In this document: one piece after another, positions 55,801-64,000 of the stretch
How the letters are laid out: each line of letters begins with the position of its first letter
How positions within the stretch are numbered: position 1 is the stretch's first letter
Source: an uncultured Planctomycetales bacterium
GTDB taxonomy: Bacteria > Omnitrophota > Gorgyraeia > Zapsychrales > JBDRMG01
DNA length: 64,000 nt
Direction: 5' to 3'
NCBI GenBank assembly: GCA_964478715.1
Contig: CAYZIY010000001.1
Span: 149,196 to 213,195, forward strand
Notes under the pieces: generated by a model
Told to the model about the DNA's origin: nothing
The model's input: the letters and a program-made list of their open reading frames with translations, nothing else
Databases searched by the model: none
Program-made: the position numbers and the translations under genes

Positions 55801-56148
55801 TTGGTGGTTGACGATCATCCGCAGATTGTCCGCATTTTGCAGATGCGGCTGGAGAATAAAGGATATCAGACGGTTCCCGCTTATAATGGGAAAGAGGCTC
55901 TCAATGAAATCGAAAAGAGAAAACCGGATTTAATTATTCTCGATATTATGATGCCGGAGATGAACGGTTATGAAGTTTACGGACGGCTGAAGGAAGATCC
56001 CGAGACATCAGACATTCCGGTTGTTATGCTTTCGGCTCACGATGTGGATATGGGCAAAATTGAGACATTCGGCCCCAAGGCCGTGCCGGTCATTCAGAAG
56101 ACGGGCGGTTTTGAAAATTTGGTATCGAAGCTGGAAGAGCTTGTTTAG
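52816..56148 (+). CDS. hybrid histidine kinase: Cache, 2x PAS, HisKA/HATPase, degenerate GGDEF-like, receiver
   Basis: YSFRPYF (Cache), NPRILKSG PAS, VSHELRTPL, GTGLGL, VVDD...LDIMMP. Confidence 0.9.
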   Translation: MAAITKKNNSLKAAYPRYVLVLLCGAIVLIFSVSGLVITQSLRSHALKEIADESKAAIGALSTGLIRELRETQKGAQNLAGSPWVPPVLIRGNPQDIKRVNRVLDRYNRSFDASVCYLLNQQGITVASSNRNTSESFIGKDYSFRPYFQKAIGGKAGSYFALGITSKKRGHYASYPVISGDQKIIGVVVIKDEIDYFADAFRKFKHCYLIDPNGIIFLGSRSHFVLKSLWPVSQKARDELKKTQQFGEGPFEHLLDQEYKDGQKVQFLNQTWLVNRNYINDQGWSVLMLSSTKGARLYGLLGILTTAFIIILLIVFLGILFYMDKSRQKVLESEEKYRELVQNANSIILRLDSEGRIVFINEYAQNFFGYMESEIFGKSVVGTIVPEQDSEGIDVAQVIENLLKDTERYKYNENENIKRNGDRVWVAWTNRVIKNEPAGKNEILCVGTDITQNRRASEHIRRLSTAVEQSPSVIAITDLNGNLEYVNPKFCVSTGYSLEEAKGQNPRILKSGEQPKEVYKDMWEKIAKGEEWRGEFHNKRKDGSLYWELASISPIRNAQGEITHYLKVAEDITERKRAEQMLAETKEALEQQTWGLKKTNETLKLLYKELEEKNAELKKLDRLKSDFVSTVSHELRTPLAITTEGISLVIDQIAGPINDKQRNLLHTSKENLVRLNKIINDLLDISKIESGRLELGKSITDISRIIQKTVNSYQTVADPKKITIRTHFPEERIILFIDQDKIIQALNNLIYNAIKFTKEQGVIDITLASQETEVVISIKDNGVGISHEDMKKLFSKFQQFGRTHGPGAKGTGLGLSITKALVELHGGRIWAESALGEGTTFSFTLPNYKKVIGEFEENLSDDIEEAQQSKKDMTLLLMDVVNYQKIVDRFDEYVLADTMNKIFSIIEQIVSRPKDRALIIDQHTIYISLPQTSKSGGNAVIRRIREEINAQSFMVEKEDVSVYMRFSMAVAPAQGTDRETLIQHARKKLLQPRTVLVVDDHPQIVRILQMRLENKGYQTVPAYNGKEALNEIEKRKPDLIILDIMMPEMNGYEVYGRLKEDPETSDIPVVMLSAHDVDMGKIETFGPKAVPVIQKTGGFENLVSKLEELV

Positions 56149-56237
56149 TGAGACTATAATAGGAGTTGTTGACGCAGATTATACGATGCATTAACTTTAA
56201 GGAAGTTTTCTGCCTATCAGAAAAAGAGGAGCCCATC

Positions 56238-56627
56238 ATGAAAGCCAGAGACATTATGACCAAGGATATCATCACTTTAACTCCCGAGACCACAATTGCC
56301 GAGGCCATTGATAAAATCATCAACAATAAAATCAGCGGAGCGCCGGTTTTAGACGCCCAGGGAGAGATTGCGGGTGTCGTTACCGAGAAAGATCTGTTGG
56401 TGGCCTATGATTTTATCAAGAAATTCGGTGAGGCCATCAAGGAATTTATGAGCCGCGATATTATCGGCATCAGTGAGGAGACACCGGTTGAGGAGATCAG
56501 CCAGCTTCTGGTTCAGCGCAATATCAAGCGGGTTCCCGTTCTGGAAGGCAAAAAGGTTTTAGGTATCGTCAGCCGGCGGGATGTGCTCAGATATATTCTT
56601 GAAAAGGAAAAACCGATAAATGCTTAA
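56238..56627 (+). CDS. CBS-pair protein
   Basis: ARDIMT, ISGAPV, GVVTEKDL, IKRVPV, GIVSRRD. Confidence 0.9.
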   Translation: MKARDIMTKDIITLTPETTIAEAIDKIINNKISGAPVLDAQGEIAGVVTEKDLLVAYDFIKKFGEAIKEFMSRDIIGISEETPVEEISQLLVQRNIKRVPVLEGKKVLGIVSRRDVLRYILEKEKPINA

Positions 56628-57417
56628 AAAAATTCTGATTGTCGAAGATGAGAAGCAGATGCAGCAAATGGTCTCCATGCGCTTAAAGGCCGCCGGATAT
56701 GAGGTAATCACCGCCGATGACGGCAGGCAGGCCATGGAGCAGGTGGTCCAGTATGTTCCAGATCTTGTGATCACCGATGTCCTGATGCCGGTGATGGACG
56801 GTTTTTCCCTTTATAAGGAATTAAAAAAAGGAGCGGCTACCAAAGATATCCCAGTTTTGATTTTAACGGCTCGCGGGCAGATGGAAGATACATTCAAAGT
56901 GGTGGGGGCCGATGATTTTATCGCCAAACCTTTTGAGGCCGAAGAACTTTTATCCAAAGTGGAAGAGCTGACTCAGGTTTCACGTAAAACTAGCGTTGCT
57001 CCTGAAACCCAAAAGAAAGTCCTGATCGCCGGCAATCACAAGGATATGATCAATAAAATTATTTTGCTATTAAAGAAAGAAAATCAGGAGACAGTTTTTG
57101 CCTTCGATGGATCAGATGCTGTTCAGAAGGTCATCAAATTTAATCCTGATATCATCGTTTTAGACGTTCTTCTTGATAGTATTCCCACGGAAGAAGCAAT
57201 CAAGATTATCCGCAAAATGACCCAGTATGAAAAAACGCCGATTATTGTTTACAATTTTTATAAAACCGAAGACTTGGGGAGCACTTCGGTGCGCGAAAAA
57301 ATTCTCTTGATCGATTCGGCCCAGGAAGCCTGCAAGGAAGCCGGCATTACCGAAGATATCGGCCGGATTAATGAATATACCTTTATCGAGAAAATGAAAA
57401 AATATTTTTCCAAATAA
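56620..57417 (+). CDS. tandem receiver-domain protein (second domain degenerate)
   Basis: First REC canonical (VEDE, TDVLMP, KPF); second has IAGN in place of the acidic pocket and no conserved Lys. Confidence 0.8.
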   Translation: MLKKILIVEDEKQMQQMVSMRLKAAGYEVITADDGRQAMEQVVQYVPDLVITDVLMPVMDGFSLYKELKKGAATKDIPVLILTARGQMEDTFKVVGADDFIAKPFEAEELLSKVEELTQVSRKTSVAPETQKKVLIAGNHKDMINKIILLLKKENQETVFAFDGSDAVQKVIKFNPDIIVLDVLLDSIPTEEAIKIIRKMTQYEKTPIIVYNFYKTEDLGSTSVREKILLIDSAQEACKEAGITEDIGRINEYTFIEKMKKYFSK

Positions 57418-57427
57418 GAGGTGAATC

Positions 57428-57796
57428 ATGAAAAAAAAGAAAATTCTTGTCATTGATGACGAAAAAGAGATGACCGATATGATTGCCATGCGGCTGAAAT
57501 ATTACGGTTATGCTTGCCTGACGGTTAACGATCCCCAGGATGGAGCGGCGCTGGCCCAAAAAGAAAAACCTGCTGCGATTCTTCTGGATGTGCTGATGCC
57601 GCAGATGAACGGCCGGCAGGTTTGTAAACAGCTTAAAGACAATGAGGTTACGCGAGAGATTCCTATCGTTTTTTTAACGGCTAAAGACAGCGCTGACGAT
57701 GTGACAGCCGAAATGCAAGCCGGAGGGGTAGGGCATATTACCAAGCCGATCAATGATGCCGAATTGATTGATGTGATCAGATCGCTGATTGGATAG
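57428..57796 (+). CDS. single-domain response regulator
   Basis: IDDE, LLDVLMP, LTA, ITKP. Confidence 0.9.
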   Translation: MKKKKILVIDDEKEMTDMIAMRLKYYGYACLTVNDPQDGAALAQKEKPAAILLDVLMPQMNGRQVCKQLKDNEVTREIPIVFLTAKDSADDVTAEMQAGGVGHITKPINDAELIDVIRSLIG

Positions 57797-57807
57797 GGCT
57801 GGTCTGC

Positions 57808-58086
57808 ATGAAGAAACTGGATGAGATTATGAAAATAGCCGATCAGCAAGAGAGGCAAAGGGAATTGGTGGCTTATGCTCGGTCATTAAATATATCGACC
57901 GGAAAATTCAAAAACGAGCAAGGACAGATTAACGAAGAGAAATTAGCTATTCTGCTTTATGATCATGAACAAGGACAGAAAAGCAGCCGGAATCAAAACA
58001 TCGGCTTTCTCTTTGTCGGTATTTTCTTGGCCCTTATCACTTTCGTCCTGTTTTTCTTATTCTGGAAATCAATCGTTCACCTGTAG
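57808..58086 (+). CDS. small C-terminally anchored membrane protein, unknown function
   Basis: Fits the gene spacing; soluble helical part plus one C-terminal TM. Confidence 0.6.
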   Translation: MKKLDEIMKIADQQERQRELVAYARSLNISTGKFKNEQGQINEEKLAILLYDHEQGQKSSRNQNIGFLFVGIFLALITFVLFFLFWKSIVHL

Positions 58087-58091
58087 AAATA

Positions 58092-58517
58092 ATGAAATAT
58101 AAAATTCTTATAGTGGATAACGAAGCTGATTTTGCTGAGATGCTCAAAGCCAGGCTGGTCGCATCGGGATATGATGTGATCATCGCCACGGACGGCCAAC
58201 GGGCTCTTAGAAAGAAAAGAAAGGAAAAGCCCGATCTTTTGATTCTGGACTTGATGATGCCTGAGCTAAATGGCTATGGCGTGTGCCGCGAAATTCGCAG
58301 AAAAGACAATGATCAAAAAACACCTATTATTATGCTGACCGGGAAGGATAAGGATGCCGATCGAATCCAGGGCAAGGTTATCGGGGCGGATATTTATTTG
58401 ACCAAGCCCTGCGACAGCGATGTTTTGCTTAAAAAAATCGATCAGTTGTTAAAGAATATCCAAAACGAAAATACTGAGGGCCGTCATGGAAAAAAAGAAA
58501 ATTCTGATAATCGATGA
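58092..58517 (+). CDS. single-domain response regulator
   Basis: VDNE, ILDLMMP, LTG, LTKP. Confidence 0.9.
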   Translation: MKYKILIVDNEADFAEMLKARLVASGYDVIIATDGQRALRKKRKEKPDLLILDLMMPELNGYGVCREIRRKDNDQKTPIIMLTGKDKDADRIQGKVIGADIYLTKPCDSDVLLKKIDQLLKNIQNENTEGRHGKKENSDNR

Positions 58518-58854
58518 CGAAGAGGATATGCGGGCCTTTGTGGGTATGCGTCTTCAGGCTGCCGGATATGAAATCCTGACCGCCATCGATGGCATGGACG
58601 GACTGAATATGGCCCGCGCCCATCATCCCAATTTGATTATCCTGGATGTGATGATGCCTAAAATGGACGGTTTTCAGGTTTGCCGGATGCTTAAATTCGA
58701 TGAGATCTTTCAAGATATTCCTGTGATTATGTTAACCGCCAAATCACAGCCCGATGATAAGAAAATCGGTCAGGATGTCAAGGCCGATGCCTATATAACC
58801 AAACCCTTTGAGGGGGAAGTCCTTATTCGAAAAGTGAAAGAGTTTCTTAACTAA
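58486..58854 (+). CDS. single-domain response regulator
   Basis: IDDE, ILDVMMP, LTA, ITKPF. Confidence 0.9.
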   Translation: MEKKKILIIDDEEDMRAFVGMRLQAAGYEILTAIDGMDGLNMARAHHPNLIILDVMMPKMDGFQVCRMLKFDEIFQDIPVIMLTAKSQPDDKKIGQDVKADAYITKPFEGEVLIRKVKEFLN

Positions 58855-58906
58855 AAAATTTAATTTGTCTTGGTGAAAAAAAGTTTAAGGCAACAAAAGG
58901 TTATTG

Positions 58907-60952
58907 ATGAGTAAAACCAACATTCTTATTGTGGGAGCCGGTCAGGGCGGCCAAGCTCTTTTGCGATTGCTTTCCCAGAGCAATGAACTTTATATCGTTG
59001 GTGTTGTGGATGTAAACGAAAAAGCTCCGGGAATCATCTTGGCGAAAGAGTTACGCATTTCCACCGGCAGGGATTTCAGGGAATTCCTTAAAAGAAACGA
59101 TCTGCATCAAATCATCAATGTCACCGGAAGCCGGGACGTTGAAAAAGAGATTCGGAAATTTGCATCCTGGGAGACCGAAATCATCAGCGGTCACAGCGCG
59201 AAGCTGATGTGGCATTTGATCGAAGAAAGAAAGAAAATGGAGGAGGAGATCAGAGAGAGCCAAAAACGCTGGGATGCGATCTTTCGTTCGATTTTGACTG
59301 CTGTGGTTATCATTGATATGCAGAAGCGCCAAATTGTGGATTGCAATCCGCTGGCCGAGAAAATGATCGGTCTGCCTAAAAAAGACATTGTTGGTCAGGT
59401 GTGCCATCAATTTATTTGTCCTTCAGAAGCGGGCTGCTGTCCGGTGATCGACTTGCGAGAGATCGTTGACAAATCGGAGAAAATTCTCCTGAACGCCCGC
59501 CAGGAAGAAATTCCCATTCTCAAGACGGTTTGCCGGGTCAATATTAAAGGACGCGATTATCTCATAGACAGTTTTATTGACATCAAAGAGCAAAAGAAAT
59601 TGAGTCAAAAAATTCAGGAGAACGAGGAGCGTTTGCGATCCTGGATTCAGAATATTCCCGGCGCGGTTTATCGCTGTGCCAATGATCCCGGATGGACCAT
59701 GGAATTCTTAAGCGATGAGATTGAGCGGCTCTCGGGCTATCCGGCCGATGATTTCATTAATAACAAGGTGCGCAGTTATGCCAGCATCATCCATCCCGAA
59801 GACCGCGAAATGGTCGATCATGTAATTCAGGAAGCCGTTCAATGTAAATGGCCTTATGATCTAAAATACAGAATTATTGATACCAGGGGCCAGATTAAGT
59901 GGGTTTACGAAAAAGGCCAGGCTCTTTTTAACGAAAAAGGTGATTGTCAATGGCTTGACGGGGGCATTTTTGATATTACCGACCAGAAAAAAGCGGAAAT
60001 AGCGCTCAGATCCAGCGAAGAAAGATTCAGGGTAATTTTTGAATCTTCCAAAGACGCATGCGTTTTGCAGAAACCCGACGGAACAATCATTGACTGCAAC
60101 GAAGCGGCTGTCTCGATGTACGCTTGCCAAGACAAAGAAGAGCTTAAACGACAAAATTCCGCCATTTTGTCAGCCGGCATCCAGTATGACGGGACGCCGA
60201 GTTCACAAAAAATTTCTAGCGTTTTTAGAGAAATTCAAGACAAAGGATCTTGTTTTATTTCATGGAGAGCCCGTCGCTTGAACGGAAAGGAGTTTGACGC
60301 GACCGTTCTTTTCAGTTTATTGGAGATCGACGGAGAGAAGATTTATCATGCTGCCGTGAGGGATGTAACTGAAGAGAAAGAGGCCCTTAAGAAAATCGAG
60401 GAGAACGAACAAAGATTTCGTCTGCTGAACGAGAATGTTTCCGATGTGATTTGGCGGATGAACAGCGATATGACTTTTCGTTATTTTAGCCCTTCCGTTA
60501 AAAAGATTTACGGGTATACTCCGGAAGAGGCCTGCCGTTTGCGGCTTCGTGATTTCTTTGATCCCCAGGGTTTTAAAGAGATAGTCCAAGTGATTGATCA
60601 GGAAACACGCAGGGCCCGCGAGAGTGCGGATTTCAAGTATTCCCGAACTCTCCAGTTAAGAAACAAAAAGAAAGACGGTTCGATGATTTGGGTAGAAATT
60701 AACGCGAATTTTCTTAAGGATCGGCAGGGGAACATTACGGGTCTTTTGGGTGTGACCCGTGATATCACAAAACGGAGAGAGCGCGAGGAAAAAATGAAGG
60801 CAGTCATGAAAGATCTCCAGATGTTTAAAAATGCGGCTATCGACCGGGAGTTGAAAATGATTGAGTTAAAAAAAGAGATCAACCGCCTCTGCGGGGAATC
60901 CGGCAGGCCGCCGCCTTATGATCTTTCTTTTCTTAATGATCCATTAAAATAA
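58907..60952 (+). CDS. Rossmann-like domain + 4 PAS domains, no catalytic output
   Basis: IVGAGQGG...VGVVD....APG; four PAS repeats; ends DRELKMIELKKEIN. Confidence 0.8.
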   Translation: MSKTNILIVGAGQGGQALLRLLSQSNELYIVGVVDVNEKAPGIILAKELRISTGRDFREFLKRNDLHQIINVTGSRDVEKEIRKFASWETEIISGHSAKLMWHLIEERKKMEEEIRESQKRWDAIFRSILTAVVIIDMQKRQIVDCNPLAEKMIGLPKKDIVGQVCHQFICPSEAGCCPVIDLREIVDKSEKILLNARQEEIPILKTVCRVNIKGRDYLIDSFIDIKEQKKLSQKIQENEERLRSWIQNIPGAVYRCANDPGWTMEFLSDEIERLSGYPADDFINNKVRSYASIIHPEDREMVDHVIQEAVQCKWPYDLKYRIIDTRGQIKWVYEKGQALFNEKGDCQWLDGGIFDITDQKKAEIALRSSEERFRVIFESSKDACVLQKPDGTIIDCNEAAVSMYACQDKEELKRQNSAILSAGIQYDGTPSSQKISSVFREIQDKGSCFISWRARRLNGKEFDATVLFSLLEIDGEKIYHAAVRDVTEEKEALKKIEENEQRFRLLNENVSDVIWRMNSDMTFRYFSPSVKKIYGYTPEEACRLRLRDFFDPQGFKEIVQVIDQETRRARESADFKYSRTLQLRNKKKDGSMIWVEINANFLKDRQGNITGLLGVTRDITKRREREEKMKAVMKDLQMFKNAAIDRELKMIELKKEINRLCGESGRPPPYDLSFLNDPLK

Positions 60953-60968
60953 AGAGAAAGGAAAGCGG

Positions 60969-61937
60969 ATGCTGTCGTTAAAAGAAAAATTGCGGGGAGC
61001 CGTTTTGGCCTGCTTGATCGGTTTTGTCGGTGTGGGGATCCGGTCGTTTTCTCAAAATCCCGTTTTTGATCCTTTGTTTGTTTCACTTCTTCTGGGCATC
61101 GTATCCACAGTTTTTATCAAAAGAGGGGGCTTCCGCAGAGAATTGCCCGTTATCTGGAATCTGTTTATTCCTGCGGGCATCATCTTATATGGAGCCGTGA
61201 ATCTTGATTTTCATTCTTTCTATCATGTGCGGACCGGTTCCATTTTTCTGATTTCTATCGTCATGCTTGTTTATTTACTTACGGTCTTATCTCTCTGTAG
61301 TCTTTTCAGGTTGAGCGAAAAGACCAGTTATTTGATTGCTTCAGGTTCGACTATTTGCGGCGCTTCAGCAATAGCGATTACATCCAGGTCGATTGAGGCC
61401 GAGCCCGATGAAATTTCCATGAGTCTTGTTGCCGTTTTTTTGGCCGCTCTTTGCGGTTTATTTGTTGTCTTGCCTTTAGCGCGTTCCGCTTTCAGCATGA
61501 GCGAATATGATTATGCGACCTTTGCCGGCTCAACCGTGCAGTTTACAGGATTTGTCAAAACGGCCGTAGCTAACCTTCAATCTGATTCCAGAAGTACCGC
61601 CATGTCTTTTAAGACTATGCGTTACGTCGGACTCCTTTTCATTATTCCATTATTTACAAGTCTAACCAGGGGGCGTGTCAGCATTCCTTGGTATCTGGGG
61701 GCTTTTCTGGGGGCGGGAATTATCTTTAGCATTTTCCATGAACAAGCAGAAGCGATTAAACCGTTTCTCAAACAGATGTTGTCCCTCCTGTGGTCTATCG
61801 CGATGGCTGCCGTGGGCATGAGCGCTGACCTGAAACAGATTCTGACATGGCAGGGGGTCAAGGCCTTTGCCGCGAGCTTGCTGTCTTTTTTGATAGCGGG
61901 CGGAATTTTCATCTTAGGCCACCAACTTCTAAAATAG
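60969..61937 (+). CDS. YeiH/putative sulfate exporter family membrane protein
   Basis: GIILYG, LIASG..ICGASAI, K..R, AMAAVG. Confidence 0.8.
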   Translation: MLSLKEKLRGAVLACLIGFVGVGIRSFSQNPVFDPLFVSLLLGIVSTVFIKRGGFRRELPVIWNLFIPAGIILYGAVNLDFHSFYHVRTGSIFLISIVMLVYLLTVLSLCSLFRLSEKTSYLIASGSTICGASAIAITSRSIEAEPDEISMSLVAVFLAALCGLFVVLPLARSAFSMSEYDYATFAGSTVQFTGFVKTAVANLQSDSRSTAMSFKTMRYVGLLFIIPLFTSLTRGRVSIPWYLGAFLGAGIIFSIFHEQAEAIKPFLKQMLSLLWSIAMAAVGMSADLKQILTWQGVKAFAASLLSFLIAGGIFILGHQLLK

Positions 61938-61943
61938 AGAAAT

Positions 61944-64000
61944 ATGAAAATCGCCACCAAATTTGTACTGATTATTTTGATCATTGCCTTGATGGTTCTA
62001 TCTTTGGGATTTTATTCGGCTCGAATCACCCGTCATGCTTTCAGGGAAATCATTGCTCAAAAATCAACAAACCTTGCCAAGGGATTGCTCAGAGACATCG
62101 ATCACTTAATTGAAATGAGATTTGAAGAATTGCAGATTCATTTGAGTTCAATCAGCTTCAAAAATGCCATGATGGAAGCGAATAACGAATTTAATTTGAT
62201 GGACGATGCCGAGAGAGAGATTCAGGCCAGGGAGCGTAGGTGGGTGTCTTCTTCCGTTGATCATTCATTAAAAGAGAAACTTTTACAGACACCTGAATCC
62301 GAAGAGCTAAAGAAGGTTGTTGAAGACTATCAGCAAAAGTACGGGTATCCCGTTTTTGGGGAGATCTTTCTGACCAATAGATATGGCACTCTTATTGCTT
62401 TTTCTGGAGAAACAAGCGACTATTATCAGGCCGATGAATCCTGGTGGCAGGAAGCCAAAAAGCAGGGTTTTTCGATCGAAGATATTCATTATGATGAAAG
62501 CAGCGGTATTTATGGTCTTGCAATTTCCGTCGCTCTCTTTGATGAGGGAGAAAATTTTATCGGGGTGGTTAAATCGATATTGAATTTTGAGGAGATTGCT
62601 TTCGCATTGAGGGAGGCGGAGCAGTTATCCAGTTCTCAATCAACCGTTTTAAAACTTCTTACGCGAAATGATAAACTCATCTATTCGACGGAAGATTTTC
62701 GATTTTTAGAAGACTATTCTGCCGGGCTTAATCAGCTGAGCAGTCTTTGGTCCGAAAACGGGTCCGGAGACTTTCTGATCGTTGAGGACGAAAGCCTCAA
62801 TAATGTCCGGCTCATTGTGCGGGCGCAGCCGGAGAATTCAGAGATAGCAGATCAGCTGGGCTGGACTTTGATTGTGGAATATGATGCTCAAGAAGTTTTT
62901 GCTTCCCTTAATAAGCTGGAAAAGCATTTATTTATGGCCACTTTGATGATTATGGTAGTTGCGGTTTTCCTTGGATTATTGATTTCACAATCCGTCTCAC
63001 GTCCCTTGTTAACTTTAAATAAAGCGGCAGAAGAATTCGGTCAAGGCCGGTTCGATTGCCCTGTTTGCGTGAAAGCCGGCGGGGAAGTGCGTCTTCTGGC
63101 TGATACCTTTAATACGATGACCCAAAGGATCAAGGAGAGCGCGATCTCACTGGAGCGCTTGAACCAAGAAATCAAATCACGAAAAAAGGCAGAGAATGAT
63201 CTCAAAAATCTTAATCAAGACTTGCAAATAAATGAGGCAGCGCTTAAGAATATGCTTTATGATCTCAATAGAGCTCATAATGAGCTTAAGGAAGTGCAGA
63301 ATCAGTTGCTTCAGTCTGAGAAAATGGCCGCCGTCGGCCATCTCTCGGCAGGTGTGGCGCATGAAATCAAGAATCCGCTTTCGGTGATTCTCTTAAGCGC
63401 GGAGTCTCTGGAGGCAAAAACGAGAAAGATGGATCCGTCTTTGGTCAAACGGGTTTCCATGATCAAAGAATCAGCCCAGAGAGCCAATAGGGTCATTGTG
63501 GATTTGCTGAATTTTTCCCGCTTCAGCAATATGCAAATGCAGCCGGTGCGGCTTAGCCAACCATTAAGCAAGGCCATTGAGTTTTCTCTTCAAGCCGCCA
63601 AACTCAAAGGCATCGAGATCAAGTCTAAAGAGGCCGATCCGGGTTTGTCGGTAGAGGGCGATCAGGTATTATTACAGCATATCTTTTTAAATATCATCAC
63701 CAATGCCATCGATGTCTTGGATAAGAATGGAAAGATCTGGGTGAATGTTGAGAAAGCAGGCGATTCGGATAAAAATGATCAGGTTTACATCCGCATCAAA
63801 GACAGCGGTCCCGGCATTCCCAAAGGTATTGTCAATCAAATATTTGAGCCTTTTTTTACGACCAAAGAGCAAGGCAAAGGCACCGGGCTGGGACTCAGCA
63901 TTGTTTATATGCTTGTTGAGAAACACAAAGGGGCTATTACCGTTGAAAGCGAGGAGGGTCAGGGTACGGAATTTATTATTTCCTTACCTTTAATAAAAAA
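61944..64000 (+). CDS. Cache-HAMP sensor histidine kinase (NtrB-type core), runs off the window end; absent from the supplied ORF track
   Basis: Read from ATG 61944: MKIATKF+TM, DYYQADE.WW Cache motif, HAMP, QSEKMAAVG.L.AGVAHEIKNP, NAIDV, FEPFFTTK..G.GTGLGL; no stop seen before 64000. Confidence 0.88.
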   Translation, partial: MKIATKFVLIILIIALMVLSLGFYSARITRHAFREIIAQKSTNLAKGLLRDIDHLIEMRFEELQIHLSSISFKNAMMEANNEFNLMDDAEREIQARERRWVSSSVDHSLKEKLLQTPESEELKKVVEDYQQKYGYPVFGEIFLTNRYGTLIAFSGETSDYYQADESWWQEAKKQGFSIEDIHYDESSGIYGLAISVALFDEGENFIGVVKSILNFEEIAFALREAEQLSSSQSTVLKLLTRNDKLIYSTEDFRFLEDYSAGLNQLSSLWSENGSGDFLIVEDESLNNVRLIVRAQPENSEIADQLGWTLIVEYDAQEVFASLNKLEKHLFMATLMIMVVAVFLGLLISQSVSRPLLTLNKAAEEFGQGRFDCPVCVKAGGEVRLLADTFNTMTQRIKESAISLERLNQEIKSRKKAENDLKNLNQDLQINEAALKNMLYDLNRAHNELKEVQNQLLQSEKMAAVGHLSAGVAHEIKNPLSVILLSAESLEAKTRKMDPSLVKRVSMIKESAQRANRVIVDLLNFSRFSNMQMQPVRLSQPLSKAIEFSLQAAKLKGIEIKSKEADPGLSVEGDQVLLQHIFLNIITNAIDVLDKNGKIWVNVEKAGDSDKNDQVYIRIKDSGPGIPKGIVNQIFEPFFTTKEQGKGTGLGLSIVYMLVEKHKGAITVESEEGQGTEFIISLPLIK

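Noticed and set aside
505-63926. Numerous short antisense/overlapping ORFs in the six-frame track
   Set aside because: They lie opposite or inside well-supported genes and show no recognisable motifs or RBS
61847-63993. Short ORFs listed at the window end, suggesting a pseudogene
   Set aside because: They are alternative-frame shadows of one continuous kinase ORF from 61944 that lacks a stop inside the window

Overview
Gene-dense, moderate-GC bacterial chromosomal window in which all but one gene lie on the + strand. The gene content (diderm, anaerobe-type metabolism, multiple type IV filament cassettes, many stand-alone receivers) is reminiscent of Candidatus Omnitrophota/PVC lineages; this is inference only. 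Layout: (1) an ADP-forming acyl-CoA synthetase and envelope genes (0.4-4.6 kb); (2) two tandem type IV pilus/T2SS-like cassettes (4.8-15.1 kb and 15.3-31.5 kb), with only one secretin and no PilT in the window. Cassette 1 is headed by a PAS-histidine kinase-PilZ protein. Cassette 2 is headed by a small MerR-like HTH protein and an orphan ParA, and carries a 1714-aa triple DUF2341/PA14 adhesin containing an exact 300-bp internal repeat; (3) an operon preceded by a Fur box, encoding Fur, NifX-like proteins, MinD-ferredoxin ATPases and a CoA-disulfide-reductase-like flavoprotein (33-42.7 kb); (4) a thiol-redox/membrane block (42.8-48.3 kb); (5) a dense signalling island (48.4-64 kb) with kinases, receiver-only proteins and two output-less PAS sensors ending in a shared RELxMxELKKEI helix. 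No rRNA, tRNA, CRISPR array or transposase was recognised. All family calls are by-eye motif recognition, not database hits.
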